From the NCBI GenBank assembly GCA_963695025.1, contig CAVOFQ010000003.1, forward strand, positions 1,962,245 to 2,026,244: a stretch of DNA of 64,000 bases, in the 5' to 3' direction. Of the stretch, positions 18,702-28,123 are shown one piece after another. Made by a program: the position numbers and the translations under genes. The notes beneath the pieces were generated by a model. The model saw nothing but the letters and a program-made list of their open reading frames with translations. It had not been told where the DNA came from and made no database searches. Position 1 is the first letter of the stretch; each line of letters starts with the position of its first letter. Source of the DNA: an uncultured Actinomycetes bacterium (lineage in GTDB: Bacteria; Actinomycetota; Thermoleophilia; Gaiellales; JAICJC01).

Positions 18702-19582
18702 GCCTCGAGCACCCCCGAGATCGAGTCGGCGATCAGGTTGACGGCCACCACGAGCGTTGCGATCGCGACCGCCGGGAACAGCGTCTCCCACCAGTATCCG
18801 GCGATAATCAGGCCATAGTTGACCGAGATGTCGCCGCCCCAGTCCGGTGTTGGTTGCTGGATGCCGAAGCCCAGGAACGACAGCGTCGCGACTGCGAAGA
18901 TGGCGTAGCCGAGCCGCACCGTGAACTCGACGAGGATCGGTTGCAGGACGTTGGGCAGGATCTCGACGAACATGATGTAGGGCGCCCGCTCGCCGCGCAG
19001 CCGCGCGGCGGCCACGTAGTCGAGCTCGCGCTCCGACAGCACGGCCGAGCGCACGGTACGGGCGATCAGGGGCGTGAAGACGAAGCCGATCACGACGATG
19101 AGGGTCTGGGTGGACGGCCCCAGCGCGACCACGAACAGGAACGCCACGATGACCACCGGCAGCGCCAGCACCGCCTCGACGATCCGGCTTGCGATGGTAT
19201 CCGTCCAGCCGCTGAGATAGCCCATCGCCAGGCCGAGAGCGGTCCCGAGCACGGTGCCCAAGAGCGTGGCGAGCGGCGCGATGATCAGGATGCTGCGCGC
19301 TCCGACAATGACGCGCGAGAGGACGTCACGACCGAGCTGGTCGGTTCCGAACAGGTGCGATCCGGACGGGTGGTGGTTGACCGCCAACAGGTCCTGGCCG
19401 AGAGGATCATGTGGCACGAACACGCCACCGAGGATCGCGCACAGCGCCCAGAACGCGACGATCACCGCGCCCACGAGGAACGTCTTCGACCTCAGGAGCT
19501 CGTGCAGGAGCTCGCGGCGCACCTGCCTCACGCCCGCATCCAGCGCTCCGGCGGCCTCGACGGGGGAAGCGGCCGCGCTCAC
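18698..19582 (-). CDS. ABC transporter permease (DppC/OppC-like)
   Basis: ORF trimmed to GTG 19582 (GTGA overlap). Multi-TM protein with an EAA-like loop (AARLRGERAPYIMFVEILPN). Confidence 0.85.
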   Translation of the reverse strand: MSAAASPVEAAGALDAGVRQVRRELLHELLRSKTFLVGAVIVAFWALCAILGGVFVPHDPLGQDLLAVNHHPSGSHLFGTDQLGRDVLSRVIVGARSILIIAPLATLLGTVLGTALGLAMGYLSGWTDTIASRIVEAVLALPVVIVAFLFVVALGPSTQTLIVVIGFVFTPLIARTVRSAVLSERELDYVAAARLRGERAPYIMFVEILPNVLQPILVEFTVRLGYAIFAVATLSFLGFGIQQPTPDWGGDISVNYGLIIAGYWWETLFPAVAIATLVVAVNLIADSISGVLEA

Positions 19583-20532
19583 TCGCCGCCCCCGAAACGA
19601 ATGCGCGGATTCAGCATCGAGTAGATGAAGTCGGCGATCAGCGTCGCGATCATGTAGACGATCCCGATCGTGAGCACGCCGGCCTCGAGCATGGGGAAGT
19701 CCTTGTCCTGGGCGGCCTTGAAGATCAGGTTCCCGATCCCTTGGTAGTTGAAGAGCGTCTCGACGATCACGAGGCCGCCGATCAGGTAGCCGGTTTGGGT
19801 GGCGATCACGGTGATCGTTGGCACGAGCGAGTTGCGCAGCACATGCCGGCGGATGACCACGCTCCGCGGCAGCCCCTTCAACGTCGCCGTGCGGGCGTAG
19901 TCGGAGTCGAGGGCCTCCACGGTGCCCGCCCGGGCCATGCGGGCGATGTACCCGAACAGGATCAGCACGAGGGGGATCGACGGCAGGATCAGGTGGTAAA
20001 GCTGGCCGAACGGCCCTGTTCCCGGCGCCCACGCTGCCGAGATCGGCAACACGTTCAGCCACACGCCGAACACGATGATGAGCACGATCCCGGACACGAA
20101 CTCGGGCACCGTGGAGGCCGAGAGGCCGAGGACGGTGATGATGCGGTCGGGCGCGCGGCCGACGTTCAGGGCGGCCACGACGCCGCCGAGGATGCTCAGC
20201 GGCACCACGATCAGGAAGGCGACCGCCGCCAGCTTGAGCGAGTGCTGGAGCGCGGCCGAGACGAAGGGCTCCACCGGCGAGCGGAACTGATAGGAGGTGC
20301 CCATGTCGCCATGCACGAAGCCCGAGATCCAGCTCCAGTACTGGGTCAGAAGCGGCCGGTCGACGCCGAACTGGTGATCGAGCGCCTTCACCGCGCTCTT
20401 CGCGGCCAGCGGCCCGAGGGTCGCCCGGCCCGGATCGCCCGGAAGCACCTGACCGGCGAAGAACACGATCAGGCTGAGGATCCAGAGCGTGATGAGTGCG
20501 AGCCCGAACCGCTTTGCGATGAAGACCGACAT
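19579..20532 (-). CDS. ABC transporter permease (DppB/OppB-like)
   Basis: 317 aa. MSVFIAKRFGLALITLWILSLIVFF... and SDYARTATLKGL are typical of DppB-type permeases. Confidence 0.9.
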   Translation of the reverse strand: MSVFIAKRFGLALITLWILSLIVFFAGQVLPGDPGRATLGPLAAKSAVKALDHQFGVDRPLLTQYWSWISGFVHGDMGTSYQFRSPVEPFVSAALQHSLKLAAVAFLIVVPLSILGGVVAALNVGRAPDRIITVLGLSASTVPEFVSGIVLIIVFGVWLNVLPISAAWAPGTGPFGQLYHLILPSIPLVLILFGYIARMARAGTVEALDSDYARTATLKGLPRSVVIRRHVLRNSLVPTITVIATQTGYLIGGLVIVETLFNYQGIGNLIFKAAQDKDFPMLEAGVLTIGIVYMIATLIADFIYSMLNPRIRFGGGE

Positions 20533-20592
20533 GTCCTTCGGTGGTTGTGGCCGGCCGCGGGCGGACCCGCGGCCGGCGCTCGTTTTCTGCGC

Positions 20593-22293
20593 CTACGACT
20601 TGGAGGCGTTGAACAGGAACAGATGGCCGATCGCTGTCGGCTCCACCCCGGTCACGTTCTTCGAGGTGGCGGTCAGGTAGTTGTAGAAGTAGGGGTAGAT
20701 GATCGGGGTCTGCGCGAGCAGGAGGTTTTGGATCTTGCCCGCAACCGTCTTCTGCCCCGTCGGGTCAGTCGTGGGGGTCGCGATGTACTGCTTCGACAGG
20801 GTGTCATACGTCTTGTTCTTGAAGTGGGCGGCATTCCACGTCCCCGAGCTCTGCAGCGGAGCCGTCAGGAAGACGTTGGGCACGCTGCGGTGCCCGTAGT
20901 CCACCAGGCTCATGGCGCCGTCCAGCCAGTCGGACTGGCCGAAGACGGCCTTGCCGTAGTACTGCGACGACGTCTCGACCGTGAGCCCGATGTTGACGCC
21001 GATCTTGGCCGCCGACGACTTGACGATCTGGGCGAGCTGCGGGATCTCGAGAAAGTTCTCCGTGAAGAGCTTGGTCGAGAAGCCGCTCGAGTGCCCGGCG
21101 GCCGAAAGGAGCTGCTTGGCCTTGGTCAGATCCTGGGCCCGCTGGGCGACGCTCGTATCGGTGGAAGGGAAGACGGGCGCGAACGGGCTGTCGTTGCCGA
21201 GGTCGGCCTTGCCCTGGAACAGGCCGGTGACGATCTCGGGCCGGTTCAGCGTGAGCGCCACCGCCTGGCGGACGCGCGGATCGGTGAACGGCGCCTGGTC
21301 GCAGCGCATCGACAGCTCGCGGTGCGCACTCGACTTCAGGTTGAGCACGGTCACACTCGAGCTCGACAGCAGCGACTGGCCGCCCGACACCGAGAACTGG
21401 CCGATGACGTCGATCGTCCCGCCCTGCAGCGCCAGGATCTCGGGCTCCTGGGTGTCGTAGAAGGTGAACTCGGTGCTGTCGGGGAGCGCCTTCTTGCCCC
21501 AGTAGGCATCGTTGCGGACGAACGAGGCACCGACCTTGGGGGTGTACTTCTGCAGCTTGAACGGTCCGGTGCCGATGAAGCTCGACTCCCACTTCGTGGG
21601 GTCGTAGTTGTTCGGCAGGATGATCATGTTGTAGTTGTCCGACGAGCACAGGTACGGGAAGTTCCCGTTCGGCGCCTCGAGGTGGAAGGCGACGGTGAGG
21701 CTGTCCACCTTCTGCACCCCGGCGGGCAGGAGCACCCCACCGAACGCGCTCAGCGCGTTGGACGAGCCCTTGGGGTCGGTCTGAAGCTTGTAGGTGTACA
21801 CGACGTCGTCGGCCGTGAACGGGGCGCCGTTGTGGAACTTCACCCCGCTGCGAAGCTTGAACGTCCACACCGACGAGTCGGCGTTGGCGCTCCAGCTTTC
21901 GGCCAGCACCGGCACCAGCGTCAGCGTCGAGTTCGAGATGCACAGGTACTCACCCGTCTGGCCGAGCATGTCGAGCCCGCCCTGGTCGGCGACGGTGACC
22001 GGATTGATCGCCGCGGTCGGCGTCACGATGCCGGCCTTGATGACGCCGCCGGCCTTGGCCGGCCCCGAGCTGCCACCTGACGCCGGCGAGCTGCTTGAAT
22101 TGGCACCTCCGCATGCCGCCACGATCGCGGTCAGGAGCGGCAGCGACAGGCCCGCCACGACACCGCGGCGGACGAACTCCTTGCGGCTGAGACGGCCGGC
22201 CGCGAACTCGTCGATGAAGTTGTTCTCGAGCTCCGTGCTGCCTCTGCGGATGGCGTCGAGCCTTCGCTGGTTCAAGTCCATGTGTCGGGTCAC
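20593..22293 (-). CDS. ABC substrate-binding protein, family 5 (peptide/nickel/opine type), lipoprotein
   Basis: 566 aa. A twin-arginine-like RRG...FVRRG segment is followed by an LTAIVAACGG lipobox. The body is family-5 SBP-like. Confidence 0.85.
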   Translation of the reverse strand: MTRHMDLNQRRLDAIRRGSTELENNFIDEFAAGRLSRKEFVRRGVVAGLSLPLLTAIVAACGGANSSSSPASGGSSGPAKAGGVIKAGIVTPTAAINPVTVADQGGLDMLGQTGEYLCISNSTLTLVPVLAESWSANADSSVWTFKLRSGVKFHNGAPFTADDVVYTYKLQTDPKGSSNALSAFGGVLLPAGVQKVDSLTVAFHLEAPNGNFPYLCSSDNYNMIILPNNYDPTKWESSFIGTGPFKLQKYTPKVGASFVRNDAYWGKKALPDSTEFTFYDTQEPEILALQGGTIDVIGQFSVSGGQSLLSSSSVTVLNLKSSAHRELSMRCDQAPFTDPRVRQAVALTLNRPEIVTGLFQGKADLGNDSPFAPVFPSTDTSVAQRAQDLTKAKQLLSAAGHSSGFSTKLFTENFLEIPQLAQIVKSSAAKIGVNIGLTVETSSQYYGKAVFGQSDWLDGAMSLVDYGHRSVPNVFLTAPLQSSGTWNAAHFKNKTYDTLSKQYIATPTTDPTGQKTVAGKIQNLLLAQTPIIYPYFYNYLTATSKNVTGVEPTAIGHLFLFNASKS

Positions 22294-22330
22294 CTTTCCT
22301 TGGCGTTTCGAGATCTTCTCGGGTTCGACG

Positions 22331-23137
22331 TCATGCCGAGCCCGGTGGTTGGTTAAGCGCGCGTAGCGATGCCGAGGCGCGCAGCCCCGCCGCCCGCAGG
22401 TCGGCCAGCATACGCCGCCGGCGACGCCCGTCGATGCGCCCGGCGGGCACGCACAGCGTCATGGCGGCGACGGTCTCGCCGCGGCGCCCCGTGACCGGCA
22501 CGGCCAGGCAGCGCAGCCCCAGGGCGGTCTCGTCAACGTTCTCGGCGTACCCGTTGGCCCGGACCAGGCCGAGGATCTCATGCACCTGGTCGAGCCCGCG
22601 GAGGCGGCCCCCGACCGGATTCACGAGGTCCACCCCGGCGAGCAGGCGGTCCACCGCCTCCGGCGGCATCGCCGCGAGCAGGATACGACCGCTGGCCGCG
22701 GCGAATGCGGGCAGGCGGCTGCCGACGCGCGTGACCAGCCGCACCGGCTGCGACGTCTCCTCCTTCGCGATGAAGAGCGCGTCGCGCCCGTCGAGCACCA
22801 CCAGGCAGGTGGTCTCGTTGTGGCGCGCGAGCAGATCCTCCGCCTCGGCCTCGAACGCCGACATCAGCGCCGAGCCGCGGTTGCGCGCTCCGAGCGCGAC
22901 CGCCCGGCGGCCGAGCGCGTAGCCGCATTCGCCCGCCCGGTCGAGGAATCCGCGCTCCTCCATCGCCGCGCACGCGCGGTGCAGCGTCGTCTTCGGCAGG
23001 CCGGTCGCGCCGGCGAGGTCGGCCAGGTTGGCCTCTCCCAGCCGGTCAACCGCCTCGAGCACGCCGAGGACGGCGGCGATCCCCGGGGACGCAGCCCGGC
23101 CCGGCGCCGGCGTCCGCTCGCGGACGGCGACCGCCAC
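22331..23137 (-). CDS. IclR-family transcriptional regulator
   Basis: N-terminal wHTH (LADLAGATGLPKTTLHRACAAMEERGFL) plus an IclR effector domain. 268 aa. Confidence 0.85.
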   Translation of the reverse strand: MAVAVRERTPAPGRAASPGIAAVLGVLEAVDRLGEANLADLAGATGLPKTTLHRACAAMEERGFLDRAGECGYALGRRAVALGARNRGSALMSAFEAEAEDLLARHNETTCLVVLDGRDALFIAKEETSQPVRLVTRVGSRLPAFAAASGRILLAAMPPEAVDRLLAGVDLVNPVGGRLRGLDQVHEILGLVRANGYAENVDETALGLRCLAVPVTGRRGETVAAMTLCVPAGRIDGRRRRRMLADLRAAGLRASASLRALNQPPGSA

Positions 23138-23179
23138 TCAGCACCACACCGGATGAGGGAGGGGATCGTCCATATCCCG

Positions 23180-23195
23180 GTTCCGCCGGTGGAAC
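23180..23195. promoter_or_regulatory. inverted repeat GTTCC-N6-GGAAC in the iclR / lyase-operon divergent spacer (candidate operator)
   Basis: GTTCCGCCGGTGGAAC has 14 of 16 positions dyad-symmetric. It lies between the IclR gene start (23137) and the lyase-like GTG (23257). Confidence 0.3.
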
Positions 23196-23256
23196 ACGGG
23201 TCGCACAGGCGGAGCGGCCATCTGTCTCACATCCACCCGGTATTGTCAAGGCCGCC

Positions 23257-24696
23257 GTGCCGCCAGCAGTCGAGATCACCGGGGAGGACCTGACCGTCGC
23301 AGACGTCGTCGCGGTCGCGCGCGACGGCGCGGCCGCAACCCTCGCCCCGGCAGCGCTCGAACGCGTGCGCACCGGCTGGGAGATCGTGCGCCGGGCGGCT
23401 TCCGAGGGGCGGCCGGTGTACGGACTCACGACCGGCGTCGGCGCGCACAAGCGGGTGGCGGTCGACGTCGCCGACACCGTTGCATTCAACGACCTGCTGC
23501 TCAAGAGCCACCTGGTCGCGCAGGGGCCGAAGGCGCCCGCCGAGGTGGTGCGGGCGGCGCTCCTGCGGATGGTGAACGGCTTTGCGAAGGGCACGGGCGG
23601 CGTCCGCCCCGAGCTGGTCGAGCGGCTGCTCGAGACACTCAACTCAGGTCGCATCCCGGCCGTGCGAACGCTGGGCTCGGTCGGCCAGGCCGACCTGGCG
23701 CCGCTGGCCGACCTCGCCGTGGGGTCGATCGGCGACCTCGCCCCGATCGGAAAGGAGACGCTGTCGCTGGTCGACCAGAACTCGTTCTCGACCGCGATGA
23801 CCGCGCTCGCGATCGCAGACGCCACTCGCCTGCTCGACGCATTCGACGTGGCCGGCGCGTTCGACCTCGAGGCGTTCGCCGGCAACATGACGCCGCTGCA
23901 CCCGGCGGTTGTCGGCGTGCGCCCGTACCCTGGGCTGGTCGCCACCATCGGAAGGCTGACCCAGCTGCTCGAGGGCAGCCCGCTGTGGGCCGAGGACGCG
24001 CCCCGCAATCTGCAGGATCCGCTCACCTTCCGCTGCCTGGCCCACGTCCACGGCGCCGCCCGCGACGCGCTCGACCAGGCCGGCCGCCAGCTCGCGATCG
24101 AGCTCAACGCCTCGCAGGAGAACCCGCTGGTCATCTTCGCGGAGGACCGGATCGTGTCGGTGGCCAACTTCGACGTCGTGCCCCTGGCCGCGGCGGTGGA
24201 CTACCTGCGCATCGGCCTCGCACCCGTGCTGACCAGCGCGTCCGAGCGAACGGTGAAGCAGCTGTCCGAGCCATTCTCCGCGCTGCCGACCGGGCTGAAG
24301 ATGCGCAGCGACCTGTCCGACGACGGGCTGTCGGAGTTCGGCACCGCCTCCGTCGGCATCACCGCCGAGGCTCGTCTCCTGGCGGCGCCGGTCTCGTACG
24401 AGCTCGCCAGCTCGAGCCTGGCGGAGGGCATCGAAGACCGCATGACGATGGCCCCGCTCGGTGCCCGCCGGCTGGCCGAGATGGTCTCGCTCGGCGACCG
24501 GGTGTGCGCGATCGGCCTCGTCGTCGCCTGCCAGGCGCTCGACCTGCGCGCGCCTGCGGCCGTCGCTGCCGGCACCGCACGCGTCCGCGAAATGGTGCGC
24601 GCGCTGGTGCCGTTCACGGGCGAGGGCGAGCCGCCGCCGCCGGATCTCGAACCCGTGGTGAAGCTGGTGCGGTCGGGGGCGCTTCGCGAGGTGTAG
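23257..24696 (+). CDS. aromatic amino acid ammonia-lyase family protein (HAL/PAL-like) lacking the Ala-Ser-Gly MIO motif
   Basis: GTG start. PVYGLTTGVGAHK, NLQDPLTFRC..HVHGA and ELNASQENPLV match HAL-family blocks. The MIO block reads GSVGQADLAPL instead of GxVGASGDLAPL. Confidence 0.8.
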   Translation: MPPAVEITGEDLTVADVVAVARDGAAATLAPAALERVRTGWEIVRRAASEGRPVYGLTTGVGAHKRVAVDVADTVAFNDLLLKSHLVAQGPKAPAEVVRAALLRMVNGFAKGTGGVRPELVERLLETLNSGRIPAVRTLGSVGQADLAPLADLAVGSIGDLAPIGKETLSLVDQNSFSTAMTALAIADATRLLDAFDVAGAFDLEAFAGNMTPLHPAVVGVRPYPGLVATIGRLTQLLEGSPLWAEDAPRNLQDPLTFRCLAHVHGAARDALDQAGRQLAIELNASQENPLVIFAEDRIVSVANFDVVPLAAAVDYLRIGLAPVLTSASERTVKQLSEPFSALPTGLKMRSDLSDDGLSEFGTASVGITAEARLLAAPVSYELASSSLAEGIEDRMTMAPLGARRLAEMVSLGDRVCAIGLVVACQALDLRAPAAVAAGTARVREMVRALVPFTGEGEPPPPDLEPVVKLVRSGALREV

Positions 24697-24779
24697 TCTC
24701 GCGCTCCAGTGGAGGCGCGAACTCTTCCTGCGGTGCTGGCGACTGCGTCCGCCCCGCGTGCTCGACCGGCGATCCGGCT

Positions 24780-25886
24780 GTGATCACCGCCAGAACGGAC
24801 GTCGTCGGCAGCTTGCTGCGGCCGCCAGAGCTGCTTGCGGTGCGCGACCGCTTCGATCGCGGCGAGGCCACCGCGGCCGAGCTGAAGCGGGGGGAGGATC
24901 GCGCGGTCGATGCCGCGGTGCAGCTTCAGGAGGGCGCCGGCATCGAGGTCGTCACCGACGGCGAGATGCGGCGGCTGTCGTTCCAGAGCGGCCTCCCCGA
25001 CGCGGTGGACGGGTTCGGCAGCGTCCCCCTCGAGGCCTACCTGTGGGGGGAGTGGCACGGCGACGAGGTCGGTGACCGCGCCACCGAGCGGCCGCCCGGG
25101 CTCGGTGTGCGAGAGCGGCTGCACCGGCGCCGGCACATCGCGGCCGAGGACTTCACCTACCTGCGCGGGCGGGCACGGGCGATCGCCAAGGTCACCCTGA
25201 CGAGCCCCAGCCTGTATGCAAACCTCTGGTCACCCGAGCACTCACGCGATGCCTACCCGACGCTCGACGAGTTCCTCGAGGATGTGGCCGCCCTCACCCG
25301 GGACGAGATCACCGAGCTGGCCCGGCTCGGCTGCACCTACATCCAGCTCGACGCGCCCCACTATCCGCTCCTGATCGACCCGGCGACGAGGGCGTTCTAC
25401 GAACGCCAGGGCTGGACCGCCGAGCGGTGGCTCGACCGCGGCATCGAGCTCGACAACTGGGTGATGGAGGGACACCCGGGGGTGACGTTCGGCTTCCATC
25501 TGTGCCGCGGCAACCAGGCCAGCCGGTGGCTGGTTGAGGGCGGCTACGAGCCAATCGCCGGCCGGGTCTTCCGCCGGGTGACGGCCCAGCGGCTGCTGCT
25601 CGAGTACGACGACGAGCGGTCGGGGTCGTTCCAGCCGCTGCGGGAGGTGCCGGACGACAAGGTGGTCGTCCTCGGCCTGGTCACGACCAAGTCGCCCCGC
25701 CGCGAGCCGGTCGCGGAGCTCACCGGGCGTGTCCGCGAAGCTGCGTCGCACATCGACCTGGACCGGCTGGCGATCAGCCCGCAGTGCGGATTTGCGACGT
25801 CGGTGCTCGGCAATGCGCTCGGCCCCGCCGACCAGCTCGCCAAGCTCGAAACGCTCGCCGAGACCGCCCAAGTTCTGTGGGGGTGA
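24780..25886 (+). CDS. MetE C-terminal-domain-like protein (cobalamin-independent methionine synthase family / UROD-MetE superfamily)
   Basis: ORF 23985..25886 trimmed to GTG 24780. TDVVGSLLRPPELL, VVTDGEMRR, FHLCRGN and ISPQCGF are Zn-ligand His/Cys positions of the family. Confidence 0.75.
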   Translation: MITARTDVVGSLLRPPELLAVRDRFDRGEATAAELKRGEDRAVDAAVQLQEGAGIEVVTDGEMRRLSFQSGLPDAVDGFGSVPLEAYLWGEWHGDEVGDRATERPPGLGVRERLHRRRHIAAEDFTYLRGRARAIAKVTLTSPSLYANLWSPEHSRDAYPTLDEFLEDVAALTRDEITELARLGCTYIQLDAPHYPLLIDPATRAFYERQGWTAERWLDRGIELDNWVMEGHPGVTFGFHLCRGNQASRWLVEGGYEPIAGRVFRRVTAQRLLLEYDDERSGSFQPLREVPDDKVVVLGLVTTKSPRREPVAELTGRVREAASHIDLDRLAISPQCGFATSVLGNALGPADQLAKLETLAETAQVLWG

Positions 25887-25943
25887 ACACGCCCGGAGGC
25901 GTGCGGGTGGCGGTGACGGCTCGAATCCGTCACAATCCGGCCG

Positions 25944-27170
25944 GTGGACGGCACCGTGCCCACCGCACTGGTGATCTGCCCCAGCCAGCGCGACCGGCTG
26001 AACATGGCCGACGAGCGGATTCTCGATCGGTTCGCGCTCCGCTTTGCCGGACAGCCGATCGGGCCGGGCTTCGACCCACGCACGTTCGTCGAGCACATGG
26101 CCCGGTTCGGTCCCGCGGCCGACGGGATCTTCGGGTCGAGCGACGCCACCGGGCATCTCGCGTCGATCCTCGCCGACGACGCCGGCCTGCCCGGCCCTGG
26201 GCGTGCGGCGTTCATGCGCTGCCACGACAAGCTCGCCTGCCGCCGCATCCAGTCTGCGGCTGTTCCCGAGGTGACGCCGGCGTTCGCGGCGGTCGAGCTG
26301 GATGATCCCGACGCGGCGCCGCCGCTGCCCTTCCCGTTCTTCTTGAAGCCGGTCGCCGCCCATCTGTCGCAGCTGGCCTACCGGGTCGACGACGAGGCGG
26401 AGTTCGCCGCGGTGGTGGCCCGCGCACGTGACGAGATCGACGCGATCACCGCGGCCGACCGCGCGCTCGAGGGACGGACCTTCCGGACGCTGATCGCCGA
26501 GGAGCTGCTCGACGGGATGCTCGTGACGTTCGAGGGCTGGATGCAGGATGGGCGGATGACGGCGATCGGCGTCACCGACGCGGTCATGCATCCGAATCAC
26601 ATCAGCTTCCTGCGCTTCGAGTACCCCAGCCGCCTGCCGGACGGGCCACGGCAGGCGATGGCCGACGTCGCGGCGAGACTGATGCCGGCACTCGGCTTCG
26701 ACAACAGCATGTTCAACATCGAGTTCTTCGTCCGGCCCGACGGCAGCCTCAAGATCGTCGAGTGCAATGGCCGCATGGCGTCGCAGTTCGCACCGCTCGT
26801 GCACGCGGTGCACGGCATCTCGAGCTACGAGATCCAGCTCGACCTGTGCACCGGGCGCACGCCGCAGCTTCCGCCCGCGCGGGACGATCTGGTGACGGCG
26901 AGCTTCCTGCTGCGGACGTACGAGGATGCGATCGTGCGATCGGTGCCCGACCCCTCCATCGTGCTCGAGCGCTTCCCGCATGCCCACGTCGAGGTGCTGG
27001 TGCGGCCCGGCCACCGCCTGAGCGAGAACGACGACGACACCGCCAGCCACCGCCTGGCCGTGGTGGCGCTGGCCGCGCCCGACCGCGCTTCGCTGCTGGG
27101 CCGGTTCGCCAAGGCCGTGCGGCTGCTCCCATTCGTGCTCGACCCGCTCTCGGCCCCCGTGCGTGAATAA
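25944..27170 (+). CDS. ATP-grasp domain protein
   Basis: 408 aa. FFLKPVAAHLSQLAYRV, IAEELLDG, NIEFFV and VECNGRM occur in the order expected for an ATP-grasp fold. Confidence 0.7.
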   Translation: MDGTVPTALVICPSQRDRLNMADERILDRFALRFAGQPIGPGFDPRTFVEHMARFGPAADGIFGSSDATGHLASILADDAGLPGPGRAAFMRCHDKLACRRIQSAAVPEVTPAFAAVELDDPDAAPPLPFPFFLKPVAAHLSQLAYRVDDEAEFAAVVARARDEIDAITAADRALEGRTFRTLIAEELLDGMLVTFEGWMQDGRMTAIGVTDAVMHPNHISFLRFEYPSRLPDGPRQAMADVAARLMPALGFDNSMFNIEFFVRPDGSLKIVECNGRMASQFAPLVHAVHGISSYEIQLDLCTGRTPQLPPARDDLVTASFLLRTYEDAIVRSVPDPSIVLERFPHAHVEVLVRPGHRLSENDDDTASHRLAVVALAAPDRASLLGRFAKAVRLLPFVLDPLSAPVRE

Positions 27171-27193
27171 TCGGGGCCAGGCCCCAATTCTTC
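27165..27193. terminator. hairpin GAATAATCGGGG-CCAGG-CCCCAATTCTTC at a convergent gene junction
   Basis: A GGGG/CCCC core with A/T-rich pairing flanks. It spans the ATP-grasp TAA stop (27168-27170), and the convergent gene ends at 27199. Confidence 0.3.
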
Positions 27194-27198
27194 ACCGG

Positions 27199-28068
27199 TT
27201 ATTCGGGGCGGCGTTTGGGCAGGCGGGCCAGCGCACTCACGTCCTCGTCGCCATGGCCCTCGGCCATGAGCCGGTCTTCCTGCGCCACCACGAGCTCGGC
27301 GACCTCCATCGGCACGCCCGCCCGGCCGGCCTCGTCGAGGGCGATGCCCAGATCCTTGCGGTGCAGGGCAACCTTGAAGCCCAGCGGGTAGCTGTCGGAG
27401 ATCATGTTGCCGGCGCGGTTCTGCAGCACCCACGACGCCGCCGCGCCGGCCGAGAGGGCTTCGACCAGCTCGGGCAGCCGCAGCCCGGCGGCCTCCGCCA
27501 GCGCAATGCCCTCACCGACGCTCGCGTAGGTGCCCGCGATCATCACCTGGTTGACCGCCTTGGCGACCTGGCCCGAGCCGCTCGGGCCGAGATGGGTGAT
27601 CCGGCTCGAGAAGGCCTCGAGCACCGGCCGGGCGCTGGCGACGTCCGCATCGGTACCGCCGCAGAAGATGGTCAGCGTTCCGCGCTCGGCCCCCTCCGAG
27701 CCGCCCGAGACGGGCGCATCCACGAGGCCGATGCCGCGGTCCCGGAGCTTTGCCGCCATCTCGGTGACCGCGGTCGGAGAGACGGTCGAGCAGTCCACGA
27801 CCACACCACCCGCACCGAGCCCGGCGGCGACGCCGTCAGGGCCCATCACGATCCGCTCGAGGTCGGGCGTGTCCGAGACGCACGTCAGCGCCGCCTCGGC
27901 GCCGGCGGCCGCCGCGGCCGGCGTGGCCGCCCGCTTGGCGCCGAGGGCCTCGAGCGGCTCCTCGCGCGAGCGGGTGCGGTTGTGCACCGTCACGTCGTGG
28001 CCCGCCGCGAGCAGGTGCCGCGCCATCGGCGCGCCCATCGTCCCCAGACCGATCACCGCCACTCGCAT
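27199..28068 (-). CDS. NAD(P)-dependent 3-hydroxyisobutyrate / 2-hydroxy-3-oxopropionate reductase family protein
   Basis: MRVAVIGLGTMGAPMARHL Rossmann motif, DAPVSGG and GSGQVAKAVNQ motifs. Confidence 0.85.
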   Translation of the reverse strand: MRVAVIGLGTMGAPMARHLLAAGHDVTVHNRTRSREEPLEALGAKRAATPAAAAAGAEAALTCVSDTPDLERIVMGPDGVAAGLGAGGVVVDCSTVSPTAVTEMAAKLRDRGIGLVDAPVSGGSEGAERGTLTIFCGGTDADVASARPVLEAFSSRITHLGPSGSGQVAKAVNQVMIAGTYASVGEGIALAEAAGLRLPELVEALSAGAAASWVLQNRAGNMISDSYPLGFKVALHRKDLGIALDEAGRAGVPMEVAELVVAQEDRLMAEGHGDEDVSALARLPKRRPE

Positions 28069-28123
28069 CGCGGCGGATCCTAGGCGCCGTCGCGCAGTCT
28101 GTCGACACGGATCCTGACTGCCG

